Assembly (NCBI RefSeq): GCF_009914755.1
Contig: NC_060930.1
Source: the human T2T-CHM13v2.0 reference genome, Homo sapiens
Direction: 5' to 3' (one strand)
Length of the DNA stretch: 64,000 nt
The translations under genes and the position numbers were made by a program. Positions 36,951-49,700 of this stretch are shown one piece after another (positions within the stretch are counted from its first letter, which is position 1; every line of letters begins with the position of its first letter). The notes beneath the pieces were generated by a model. That model ran no database searches. It had not been told where the DNA came from and saw only the letters and a list, made by a program, of their open reading frames with translations.

Positions 36951-37663
36951 GTCTGACCTGGGCCCCAGGGTAGGGAGGGTGGGGGTAGGCCAGGGCAGCT
37001 TGGGAGGACAGCGGCCTCCCGAGGTGTGGCCCCTTATCTAGGCCTTCTCTGCTTGTTGACATCCTGAGAGTTTCCCCCTCCCACCCACTGACTGGTCCCA
37101 AAGTCAGGGTGAGAATTGGAGTTGCCACTTCAGAGTTTGCTAGGGCTTGGGCCCTGGTTATCAGAGATACCAGCACACTCCATTTTGCCACAGCTGCTCA
37201 GGTTGAGGTATTTATGTTAAGGTTGAGCAAGAGGGTGACCTTGCGGGTAGAGGGGGTACTCCTTGGAAGAAATATCCTGTGCTTGAGTGGTCCCATTTAA
37301 GTTGCTCATCTGAGTGGGTGCACTGTAGTTTCCATGCTTTGGGGTGACAGGGCAGACACATACAATAAAGATGATACTTGAAGTTCTAGTGGAGGTGACT
37401 GAGCACAGCTGAAGGCACACTTCAGGAAAACCAACCGACATAGTGAAATTAGAGGTCAGAATCCACAGGGGCGGGGCATGAATAAAGACGTCGGTGGAGA
37501 AGGGCAGGGCGGGCTTCCTGGGGGACATGGGTGCTGCCTCTTAGAGCAGTCTTGCCGCAGATTCAGAAGGTTCTCCTACTGGAGCTGTGAAAATGCCCTG
37601 GGGGTAGGGGTGCTGGTGGAGGCATCCTTGGCTTGCCTCTCAGAGAGACTGTTTGGATTGTAG

Positions 37664-37732
37664 AATTCAGCTTGCCGAGAAATTTGTGAAAGCCGTTTCC
37701 AAGCCTAGTCGACCCGACATGAATCCCATCAG
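37664..37732 (+). CDS. CMTR1: CMTR1 exon 20
   Basis: ttgtag|...|gtgagc; [22 protein letters not shown](R). Confidence 0.93.
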
Positions 37733-39132
37733 GTGAGCATGTGGTCCCTACCCTCCATGCTTCTTTCTGGCCAGTACCTGCTGCTCCCGTCCAGTGAGGG
37801 ACAGGAGGGCTCAGTGGAGGGCACTAGGCAAGTGGGTGTTAGAGACAAGACCATTCTTGCCATGAAGTTTGTTTGGGGGTGCTAGGTAGGTGACTTGCCC
37901 CAGAGCATCTCCCCATCCTGCCTGGCAGTGGGTGAACTTCATTCTGAGGGGTTAAGGCATCCTTGTTTAGGATGCACGTGCTTCTGAGAGTGCCAGCCCA
38001 CCTCATGAATACCCGTTCCCACTTGAGCATTGTTAGCACATTACCTGGCCTTTTAATTTTTTTTCAGGTAAGAAATGGGTGCTGAGGGAATAGGAATTTT
38101 GAACATGAAAAAGAGAAGGATTGTTTGAGGGAATGGGACCCCCAGTGCTGAGGGAGAAGGAGGCCAGGGTTGTTGTAATGTTAGATAGTGGGAAAGTTCC
38201 AGGACCCTGAGAGAGAAAGGAGGAAGAGAACAGAGTCAGGAGGAGACAGATGGAGGACACACTTTTCCAGGGTAGGCTGAGGTCTGAGGTTATTGCCAAA
38301 GGGCACTGCTTAGCCCTGCTCTCGGGAGCTTCATGCGGCTGGAGACTGAGGTATCTATTTACACTTTATCCACATTGTTTTTGTTCTTTTTAACATAAAT
38401 TTACTTAGTTAAAATTAAATCCAGTATTGAGAATGCACTTTATAGATGGCATGTGAAAGTTTCAAAGGAATTTCTTTCTGCACTTTAAAATGTCCTGTCT
38501 GCTAGGTCCTGAAAGACAGCTCCCAGGGGGAACCCTGCCTTCATTGCTTGTGGTTTGGTTGCTCGATTTCTGGGAACGTTCCCCACTAGCAGTTCCAAAG
38601 ACATGTTCAGGGCCCCCAAGAGCTGAGCATGGGCATCAAACAAGAGCCCTGCATTCTTGTTAGGGTTTCCCCACCCGCTGTGGGTAATAGGACTATTAGG
38701 ACTGTTTAGCAGTAACTTGTTATGGAAGGCCTAAAATCCATGTGGACAGACCTGGGCAAGAGCCTACTCCTTTGTTTTCTGCCCTCTGGTGATGGTGAAG
38801 ATGACTTGGGGGTGGGAATGCTGACAGAGACATCTTTGTCTGCCAGACTTTTCTTCCTCTTTCTCCCTCCTGTCTTCAGTATCCAGTTTCACTCCCCAGT
38901 TGCCCTGACGCAGGCCTGAGGAGGTGCTTGGCAGCTCTGAAACCCAGGGCTTGTCTGTGTAGAACAGCCATGTTGGCAGGCTTGGTGTCCTCGCTGCCGG
39001 TGGGCTGGGTGGTTTCAGGGAGGGCCTGGGGCAGAAGCCAAGGTCAAGTGCAGTCTCCTGCCTCCCAGCTGCCTCCTGGATGAGAATGTCCCCCAGGAAG
39101 CCTTTGTCTTGTCTCTGTCCCTCTACCTGCAG

Positions 39133-39180
39133 GGTGAAGGAGGTGTACAGACTGGAAGAGATGGAGAAGATTTTTGTCAG
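39133..39180 (+). CDS. CMTR1: CMTR1 exon 21
   Basis: ctgcag|...|gtgagt; VKEVYRLEEMEKIFV(R), 48 nt. Confidence 0.93.
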
Positions 39181-39949
39181 GTGAGTGACTTGACCGGTGA
39201 AGCTCAGATTCAAGAGGAGGTGGGGGTGCGGCCGTGTCCTGTAGTCATCCTCCGTTTCATAAGATGGGTCGGGGGCGGGGGGTGGTGAGCTGCCTCCAGC
39301 GGTCCCCTCACCTCATCTGCCTCGCTGCAGCACTGCTTGCAGTCAAGAGTCCCCCAGCTGACAGCTGCTTCAGCATCCTATCAGGAGGGAGCCAGGCGGG
39401 CTGTGTCAGGCAGAAATACGGGCTCATTGATGCTGTCATAGTTACGATGGGCCCTGCGAGGGGCAGAGCAGCAAGCTGCTTGAAATACCATAAATCCCAG
39501 CTCCCGCTGCTGAGAGAGAAATTGAGCCTGGAGGGGTAGAAGGGGCATAAATGCGTCCTTATATTCTTAGTGGTGTGCGGGTGCTCACAGAACTCAGTCT
39601 CCTTCTGGGTGTGCTTATGTAGAGGTTACATTAACTCTTCAGTGGCTGCAGTGTTGCCATGGGCACCTGTGGTGTCAGATCTCACCCTTACTGGTGTCAC
39701 CCTGAAATCCCTCAAGCAGCAGTGACACAGCAGGGTCATTTGTTACTCCCCTGCCTCCACTGCCTGAGTGGGAATTCAGGGCCTGAATTCTAAACTCAGC
39801 ATGGCCACCCACTCGGCTGTGTGCCTCAGTTTCATCTTAAGTCAAACCAGGATCAGATACTGCAGTTGGGGTGATTTTATTAGTCAGAGACTAATTTTAT
39901 CAGCCAGGGCCTTTTCTCTCTCATGCACGTACCTTCTCGGGGAAATCAG

Positions 39950-40062
39950 GTTGGAGATGAAGATCATCAAGGGCTCCAGTGGCACCCCAAAGCTCAGCTA
40001 CACAGGGCGTGATGACCGGCACTTTGTACCCATGGGCCTCTACATCGTCAGGACAGTGAATG
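39950..40062 (+). CDS. CMTR1: CMTR1 exon 22
   Basis: aatcag|...|gtgggt; [37 protein letters not shown](E). Confidence 0.93.
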
Positions 40063-40687
40063 GTGGGTGAGGAGGGACTGTTCCCGCCATCCCCTCCCCT
40101 CTCCCCTCTCCTCGCCAGGTGATGGGTCCAGACCCTACCTGAGCCAGAGCGAAGGGCTCCCAGCTAAGGTGGGTAGCAGCCAGGCTGGCATTTCTCTGAG
40201 GCATATGTTAGGGGACAGTGTTCCCTGAGCCTCTTCTGTTCTTCCGTGGGCCCTGGGAGTTGGTTAGGCAATAGGGAGAGGAGCTCAACTTGTACACACG
40301 CACGTGTTGTTCTCATGGCAGGAAAAGGGCCTTCTCAGTAGACAGCAGCAAATCCAGAAAGTCAAGCTTGGTTTCTGTCCATTTGCATCCCCCTTTCTTC
40401 AGAGCGCTCTGGCTAACAGAGTCCTACATCTGTCAGAGTCCTAGAGATGTTACCCTGATGGAGGGTTGGCAGGACTGGGGTGGGGTCGTTGAGAAGAAGT
40501 CATCGCGTAGTCATTCTCCTGCAGCCCCTTTGGGCTGGTGATGAAGGCTGCTGCCTCACGGGCTATTCCCTGCTTGCTTTTGGTGGGAGGCAGGAATAGG
40601 ACCACCGGGAGTGGAGGAAGGTACACGCCTGTCCTCCACAAGTGCTTTGTGTCCCTTCTGGGCTTCATCCCCTCTTCCTCCCATCAG

Positions 40688-40796
40688 AGCCCTGGACTAT
40701 GGGATTCAGCAAAAGCTTCAAGAAGAAGTTCTTCTACAACAAGAAAACCAAGGACTCTACTTTTGACCTCCCTGCAGACTCCATTGCCCCATTTCA
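40688..40796 (+). CDS. CMTR1: CMTR1 exon 23: WW domain
   Basis: catcag|...|gtaagt; (E)[35 protein letters not shown](H), WW-like. Confidence 0.95.
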
Positions 40797-41553
40797 GTAA
40801 GTAGCTCTCCTCCAAGCCTGCCCTCCTTAGCAGCCTCAAATACTCCTGCAGGATGCCAGCCAGCTGTCTTGGGGGCACACCCTGGGTCCTGAGACTGTTG
40901 CCCATGCAGGGGTTCCCCTGAGCACAGGCCTGAGAATACTTGTGGGGATGGCAGCCCCCTGCAGGTGTGGCTGGACCTGGGTAGAGCTGGTGAGGGAAGC
41001 ACGATGCCTGGACCTGCTAATGGTTATGGGCCTGGCTGTGAAGGCCCATCTGGGCAGCGTATCCACCCCATGGAGCAGCCACGTTTCGGTGACATTCCAA
41101 CACTGGCCTGATGGTGGGAACCTGCTGAGGGCCCACAGCCCTGCCCCTTGGCACTCAAGGTCCCAGCTGTCCCTCATTAGGACCCGGTGTCCATTAGTCA
41201 GACTGTTGGTCATAGGCTTCCCCAGCAGCCCTAATGTGCCTGTAATTAGCCACTGACATTTTCTGTCACCACACTACTAATACTGTATATTAGAGAAGCA
41301 CAGACAGATAAGTCAGGAATATCAGTCACTGTAGGAATCCAGTTGGATGCAATTAGCAGCAACAGCTGTTTGTTGGGAAAAGTTGGTTCTGGGAGGCAGG
41401 GGAGTTAGGGCCTACCGGGTACCTTTTGCCTGCCGGGGGAAGAACCTCAACTAAAGTCATTGACAGACCCCTCCGCCCCACACCCTTAAGAACACATGAC
41501 CCTGTGCCATCTGGGTGCAGTCCTGACCTCTTTCCCATCCCTCTCCTCCCCAG

Positions 41554-41686
41554 CATTTGCTACTATGGCCGGCTCTTCTGGGAGTGGGGGGATGGCATTC
41601 GTGTGCATGACTCCCAGAAGCCCCAGGACCAGGACAAGCTGTCCAAGGAGGACGTCCTCTCCTTCATCCAGATGCACAGGGCCTAA
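41554..41686 (+). CDS. CMTR1: CMTR1 last coding exon (24), stop TAA at 41684-41686
   Basis: ccccag|; [43 protein letters not shown]; exon phases are consistent across all 22 exons. Confidence 0.96.
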
Positions 41687-43050
41687 GAGCCTCAGAATGT
41701 GCCACCCCTGCAGAATGCCCTGTCATTCCTGAGATGGGGCCACCTGGGGCCCACAGTGCTGGCTTCTTCCCCCTCTTGAAAAGGGACTGGGGAGCATTGC
41801 ACCTGGCATGAGGAGTGGGTGGCCTCCTCTCCATCCCCTGAAGAGCTCAGGCAGGGCCCTGCAGAGAACACTCATGTTCCTTCTGGGACACCTGCCTGGG
41901 AACTTTCCCCTGCCAGGACTCAGCCTGAAGGAAGCTGCTCCTGAGGCAGGTATGAGGTCAGTGCCTAGGGCACGTGGGACTGATGGAGGACATATCAGAG
42001 TGGCAGAGCTGTGGGCTCTGCTGTTCTCTCCTGCATCCTGTAGACTCACTTTTCTGAGTTCCATGCACTGCCCTGAGGGTAGCCATGCCCTTGCTTTGCC
42101 CAACTTTTTATTGGGCCATCCCTGAGTGGGTGGAGACCTGCTGTCATGAGCTGGCCAGGAGAACCTGCTATAAAAAAATCAAGGTTTTGTTTCTTTGAAC
42201 TTACTCTGTTTTGATGCCAAATTGGAGACCATTTTCTTGTCTCCTTCCCCCACTCATCCTGGCCTTCCCTGGAGTTCTTCCTAGCCCAGAGCTCTGACAG
42301 TCCAGCAGGGTGGGAAGGAGGGAGTTTGGGCAAACTCTCATCCCTGATACCACATTGAGATCCTGGGAGCCCTCTTTTCGTACTGAGTATGGAGTTGTAG
42401 AGCCATCCTAGGTGCCATCCCCTTTTGGTCCAAACATTGGGCAGCGCTAGATGGCAGGAAGCAGCCTTGAAGACCCGTCTTTCCCCCACAGCAGCAGGGG
42501 CCCCAGCAGTAACAAAGGGTACCTCCAGGGGTTTGGGTAGCGCTGCCCTCTGGCAGTCATGCACCGCTGTCTGCCATAGCCGCTCTAGGGTCTTGGCAGA
42601 ATTCTGAGCTTGAAGTGCAGCTCCCTTACTACCCTTTCCCTTCCTTTTTCTTCCCTAATAGGAGGTACAATCTGCTTTTGTTTGTCGTTAAGTGGTCACT
42701 CCCATTTCCTTTATCTTGGCCGACAACACAGAGAGGAGGGGGAGCTGGGCAGTAGCTTGGGGTGGGGGTGGGCACCTGTGGTTGTTTTTAATGGGAAATA
42801 CCTCTCAGAGATGTTCATGCAGGCTCCCTAGGGCCCCATCCCAGTGCCAGGCTGGTTTCCATGGAGATAGGGCACTGAGGCTCCCGTGAGGTTGGAATCG
42901 ACTTCACCATGGGGGTCCTTCAGCCAGCATCCAGCTCCCCACCCCCAGGCTGGCAGTAGCACTGCTGAGATGCTGTATTTCCACCCAATTCTGGGTATAT
43001 CAGTGTGTCTTGCAGAATCTTGGATCATTAAAGATAAACATATTTTTAAT
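41687..43050 (+). other. CMTR1: CMTR1 3'UTR (end approximate)
   Basis: Runs from the stop codon to about 20 nt past ATTAAA; followed by a GU-rich tract (gcctgtgtggctctgtgttg). Confidence 0.75.
43027..43032 (+). terminator. CMTR1 polyadenylation signal ATTAAA
   Basis: ATTAAA with a downstream U/GU-rich element. Confidence 0.75.
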
Positions 43051-44492
43051 GCCTGTGTGGCTCTGTGTTGGGGCTGCTGCTGTTTGTCCTCAGTGCTTTG
43101 TGATCTGAGACTGGCTTGGATGAAACAGCTTGAGCCAGAGGTGAAGGGGAAGCAGCTCTACTCAAAGCAGAGGAGAGAAAAGAGGGTTTGTTTAATCGGA
43201 GCCTGTTCAAGCTCTTGGGCACCTGCAGGGCTCCCAGGGCTGCTGCTTGCTGCTCAAGAGGGGGCTCAAAGAAGAGTTGGGGGAAATTGTGCAGCTCCTG
43301 TTACAAGCAGGGACTGCAGAATGAATGAACCCACAGCCCCGGAAGGGCAGAGAGGCACCTTCCCCCCTTACATAAATCACACAGCTCACTCCATGGTGGC
43401 ACTGTGACAATCCAGGATCAGTCTGTGTGACTAAAATAACAGAGGCGTCAGACCAATTAGTGTCACTAGACTTGGGCGAAAGAGGGAGGGAGAGATAGAT
43501 GGTTTCACTGACCCTAGCCTGCCTCCCCTCCAAGGAGGGCTGGTTCTGCCTGCACGGGACTGTGCTTGGGGGTGGGGGATGCAGATGCTGCAGGCACCTC
43601 CCTCTCTGTTCCCGGCTGGTTTCTCCACCAGTTAGTCATCGCCCTGGTGCTGGTCGCCCCCCAAAGTCCGCCTTCACTTTGCTGGACTTCCTCACTTTGG
43701 CCCCAAGAGTCCTTTGTGTATGGCCTTAGTTCCCTGGGCAACCCCATCCCTTGTTTTTCCTACTTAACTGGTTTCATCTCGGCCATCCACGCCCTTCCTC
43801 TGTTCTGCCTTGCTGTAGCCTCCCACCTGCTCCCCTCCTTATTCCAAAGCTAGGAGTTTTAGAGTTGGGGGGTGGAAGGGTAAGGGAGATGTCTGAGTTT
43901 GCTGCTCCTGCCACAACTCCCCCTCTGATCAGCCCCACCCCTACTTCTCACTACAAACCCTACCTGATTTACTGGCCACTGTCACCGTAAGTCTGTCTGG
44001 TCATTACCATGACTCTTCCTGCCCACTCACAGCCTCCCCAGCCTTGCCTGCCTGTCGAAGATGGATTAACTCCGCACTCCCCTGGGATCGCCACATGACC
44101 ACTTCAAGTCCCCAAGCCGCCCTTCGCTGCACAGACTGCATTTTTTTCTGCCATAATTACAAGCAATGGCACTGACTGGAGGGCATGACAGTGTGTGGTG
44201 GGGGGATGGACAGGTGGCACAATGTCTGCTGCTCAACCCCAGCAGTGCCCGAGCCCTGGAAGTAACTCCCACTATTTGGCTTGGAAAGTGCTTCCCACTG
44301 TCTCCTTCCCACTCGAGCTGGGGGCCTTCTCCTCTATTCTGAATTGTAATCCAGAGCTTTCCCTTGAACATCTCTTCTTCCTTGATTCCTGAGTGCCGCC
44401 TCTGCTGCTGCTGCCTCTTCCTGCCCCCACCGTCCACCCTCCGCTAGTCAGACCATGACATTTACTCAGCAGACGGGAACAGCTTTGTGTTC

Positions 44493-44498
44493 TTTATT
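44493..44498 (-). terminator. CCDC167 polyadenylation signal AATAAA
   Basis: tttatt on + strand, about 230 nt past the CCDC167 stop. Confidence 0.8.
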
Positions 44499-44726
44499 GC
44501 CTCTCCCTTGGGCTAAGGGAGGGACCAGCACCATGTCCTTCTGGAGACCCGGAACCCCCCAGCAGGCCAGGGAGGCAAGGCCTGGGCCGCCAGGAAGCCA
44601 TGCTTGAACACTAGGTTGGGAGGGGAACACCCCAGCACCTTGGTCCTATTGAGGCTTGAAGTGCCTGCTTGATCCTGACCAAGGGGCCAAGTGGAAGCCT
44701 GTGCTGGTTGTGGGGAAGTGCCAGGC

Positions 44727-44951
<225 letters not shown>

Positions 44952-46350
44952 TTACCCATAAAAATGACTCTGCCCTTCTTAATCTGCCCAAATCCTGACA
45001 CCCTTTTGGCTATAGAGCCAGCCTGATAAAGTCCCAACGCCCAGTGCTGCTCAACTATGGCTCTTTAAATGTGGTTGAGGTTGAGGGTGAGGTGGGTGAG
45101 GAGTCACCAAAAATGCCACACCTGAAAGCCAAGCTAGGAGGTGGTGTGACCGCCAGGTGAGTCTGCTTGCCTGTCATGGGGTTGGCTGTGGTGCTCATCC
45201 TTCAAGGCATCTCATCCGCCAACCAGAAACTGAGGGCACCTGGGGCCTCCTTGGGCCTGACAGTGGAGGAGGTGCTAGGTGGGGCCACGTGTTTCCTGAG
45301 TCCCTGCCCTCTGCCGGGTGCCTGGTTGAGCAGAATCTAGGGACGCTAAGATGCAGTTTGTGTCCATGAGGCAGCTGGTCTTGACTCTAGAGGAAATCAG
45401 TCCTGCTGCTCTATGGCCACACTTGTATCAAAGTATCCCCTCCAGGTGACACGCAGGTAGGGGGTACTCTGTGAGGGCTAAATTGAGTGGTGGTGTGGTT
45501 TTGTGTGAAAACCGCTAAACTTGAAGGGAAACTAATGTCCCATCCCTGTCTGTGCTGGGCAGTGGGAAGAGACACCTGCAGAGCTGCTCTGGGCAGGCCA
45601 GACTGAGTCCAGGGCCCAGGGTGCACCGGCCCAGACATGCTGAACTCCAGGCAGGGCTGGTAGGTGTGCACTGTGCCTACGGCATTCATCAGACCAGCGC
45701 TTCTGGGGGACTCCTTGCCATTAGAACCTTCCTGGGGCTGATTCATGGCCAGGCCTGGTCCCCCAGGGGAGAACAGAACCGACAAGTCTGAGGAGCACCT
45801 ATAGACCGTGGTCCTCCCCAGCCTTTAGCAGGGAGCCCACCAGCCTGCCAGCCGCCCTCTGGCGCCCCGCCGGGCCTGGCCTCTACCTGCCTCTGCCCCC
45901 AGCGCCCAGAAGGTGGCGGCATCGCTCCACCCACAGGAGCCCTTGCCGTACCCAAGTGGGAGGTTCGGCTTCCTTCACCCCTCACTTCCCACTGCATGGT
46001 TTTCCTGGGAGGGTGTGGTGGGTTGGGGTGGGGTGGGCTGGGGCGTGGGGAGAGCAGACTTCCGATGTCTAGGTGAATGATTGTCTCCTAGACCTGGCCA
46101 CGGCCACATCCCTTCATCCCAAAGAGCAGACAGACCCACAGGCGGTCTCATCCTCCCTTAGAACAAAGCAACAAACCTGCTCTCCCGCAGGCTGCTGGAC
46201 CTAGCAGGGGTGTCTGCAGCCTCTGGGGGCTGGTTCCCTCCCAAAGAACCCCCTTGCTCCCTGCTGCCTTGTCAGGCCCCTTGGGCTTCTGACCCTTCCT
46301 GGTTCTGGGGACTGGAGGCTGGGGCTGGTAACTGAAAGGAACTTTCTTAC

Positions 46351-46403
46351 CGTAGTTGGAGGCTTTGTTCATTAGGCTGTTTTTCTCCTTCTCCAGGGAC
46401 CTC
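46351..46403 (-). CDS. CCDC167: CCDC167 exon 3
   Basis: ctcacag|...|gtaaga; (R)RSLEKEKNSLMNKASNY(E). Confidence 0.93.
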
Positions 46404-46639
46404 CTGTGAGGGGAAAGGAGCTTCATGGACCAAACCCTTTTCCTTTTCCCCACCCGAGGGGCAGCTGGCATGCCAGTTGGCAGGGCTTGGGTCTTGTTCG
46501 GCGGCAGGGGGGGTGTGCACTGAAGCTAAGATGTCAGGGACCCAAACCCTCTGCCTCAGGCCTACTTTGGGGGACCCAGGATAGATACAGGGGGTGGGGG
46601 CCTGATGGGGAAGGGTGGGGTGGCTGGGCAGGAGCATTA

Positions 46640-46774
<135 letters not shown>

Positions 46775-49700
46775 CTAGCTCTCAAAACACTGGGACTGGG
46801 AAGCAGGGCCTCCGGGAGTCTTCTTGGACAGGTGTTCCCCCCATTCGTTTTGGCAGGGCAGGGCACCCAGGCCTGTCTTCCCTGGAGTGTCTTTGTTTTG
46901 CTGTCCTCTGCCTCCACGTGGTTCAGCTCTGAACTGCACAGGACAGTGGCCTGAGCCACACTGTAAACAGTAGTGGGTGTTGCCCAGGGTCTCACAGCTG
47001 TCCCAGCCCTCTGGGCCAAGCACAGGTTGGGGGTGGAGAGGAGCAGCCCCTTGGTCTGTTGTCTCCCCAGCACGATGCCCCAGTTGGGCGCACAACAGGA
47101 GCAACCAGAACCCTGAACACGGCATGCACCTGCCCCACGGGCGTATCCTAGAGTGGCGGAGATGCTGTGAAGAAACTGGCTTCCAAACACTCCACACGTG
47201 TGGGGCCGGGTGATTAGACATCTAGGGGCAACACAGAGGTGTTTTTCTCATTGACATACTTCATCTTAATAACTTAGTAGTCCAAGTTGTAAAAATATAC
47301 ATTTTTCTGTGAGAATCAAAAATTACTGAGAAAAATGCTCAAAAACACCTTTCTTCCTCTCTGACTTGGTTCTTAAGCAAAAACTTTACCTACCATCAAG
47401 GTAGCAAAATAGTTAAGGTATCTGTTTTTTCCATTTGTTTGATTAGAGTTTCAGAGAAGTGTTCTTGGGGAAATACTTGAGTTGTGGAGAAATGTTTAAT
47501 AACATACTGGACTGGGTTGTCCAAACCTGGGTTTTGGCATTGAAAGTCCATCTCCCTGTGTCTGACTCAGTCTCCAGGTGTTTAGCTGGCCACCTCTCTG
47601 GCTGGGGCGAGCCTGGGTGTCAGTGGGTGGAAGGGTTCAGGGGGCTCTGTGACCCTCCCAGCAGCTGACTGAATAGTACCTCGGAGCCCCATAATGCTCC
47701 ATTTCCCATCTCTGACTTCACTCATTCTCACCACTTCCCTAGGAGACATGGCAAATAAGACCTCCATTTCACGAATGGAAGAATGGGGGTCCCCCAAATG
47801 GAATGACTTTCTGAGAAGTCAGGGTGGGGCACCCCTCTCCTTATCAGTCTCAGCCAGTTCTCTGCCCCATTCGCTTCTGGAGTTAGCCCCTGCAGGGTTA
47901 GTAATCAATGACTGCAGGTAAGATCCCTGCCTCCCACAATGGCTGGTTAGAGGGTAGCAGGCATTCTGGGGCTGAGTGTCAGGAGAGTTGCATTCCAAGT
48001 CTCTGGGCCTTCTGTCTCTCTCCACGGCCAACACCCATCTCAGCCACTTCCATGTCAGCCACTTTTCCTTCTTCCCGAGGGAGGCCTGGCAATGACACAC
48101 CATCCACCCCCTGCCCTGCAGCCCCACCATGGCCACCTCCAGCCCCATAAGCAGGGCCCTGTGGGAGAGAGCGACCACAGAGCCTTGAGTTAATTGCCTG
48201 GTTAATTGTGTCGTTTCTCTGCTACTGGGCACCCAAAAGGAGGGCTGTCCTGGGAAACAGACCCAGCCAGGAGATGGGGCTGTCCCTGGGGAGGCCAAAG
48301 GCCTACCTAGAACCTGTGCAGCATGGAAATGAACACTGGGAAGCCAGATTCAGGGAAGAGCGGCAGCCCCATGCCCAGTGCCTCAGGCCACCATGTGGCC
48401 TCCCCTTTACAGCAGCACCCCCAGCACACAGCCCAGCCCCTCAGTACCCTGAGACTCAGATTCCACTCAAGAGCACAAATAAAGCTTAATTCTTGATGCC
48501 CTACCTCCTCCACCAGGCTTCCCTGCTGCCCTTGGCTGTGGCAGGGGGGTGGGGGTTGGGGGGCAGGGGACGGGGTGCATTCCACCCTCCTTCTCCTGGG
48601 AAATTAACCAGTCCTTCCTTCATGAGGCTGAGTATATTCTTTGTTGCCCTTCTGTTTGTGTCCAAACTTTATCTTCCCAAACTCTAGGGGTCTCTAAATG
48701 GTGCCAACTGGCAGCCCGTAGGTCAGGTCTAGCCCACAGATTGGCCCATTCCACTTATATATGTGAACTGCCTGGTCCCGGCAGAGGCCCGAGTCTAAAG
48801 CTCCTGTCCTAGAAGGAACAGTGACCATCTGTCTCCTCTTTGTGCCCACCAAGGCCTAGCCTGCTGCAGTCTTTGTATTTTTAGCCACAATGAGTGGAGT
48901 TGAGCTTGGGTGGGACTGAGGGGCAAGGACAGACGGTTTAGGTCTCACGTAGCAACTGGAGCCTGAAACCTCCGTTCTTCTTGTCCATAGAAGCTAGAAA
49001 AAGCTAGGAGGAGGAGAAGCAACTAGACATGCACATAAATTGTACGCTTTGCAGATTGCCCAGTGCAAGTCTTAGTCCTAGGTGAGATTTCTCCTTAACA
49101 GTCCTTGAGCCAGGCCTTGGTTTGCGTGTCATTCTGGGGAGGGAGCAGATTGCGGAATTCCATCCCTGAACACCTCTGGAAGGCTACCAAGTGCCCAAAC
49201 AAGTGGTAATTGCCCCCAGAGCAAGGCCAGGAACTCATGCTAAGCAAAATCTTAAAATTTTGAGGTTGGCAAACCACAAGTGGCCAAGCCAATCTGCTAT
49301 CATGCTCTGGGCAGAGCCTGCGGAGCTGGCAGTCGGGGGCCTTTATCTGAACAAGCCCAATTTATCTGCAGTTCCACTGAATATTCCCACTTTCATTTGC
49401 CACTTTTTAATGAGGCTTAAACGGTCGAACACAAATCAAGGTTTTAGGGACTCAAGTTCTAACCTCCCTCTATGAATATTTATGTCCTGCTGACAGCTCT
49501 CGCTGATTCCCTTCTAAATAGCAAGTTCCCCTTCTTTATAACCCAGCTGCTTGATGTGGGCTGAGTGAGGGGAGGCTAAGACTGTCAAGAGGCTCTTCAG
49601 AGGCCACAAACCCATCCTCAGAAGGTGACCCTGCGGGGTCCCCAGCACTGGGCCTGGTTCGGGAAGCTGACAATCAAACACCCTGCAGCATTTGCTGAAG

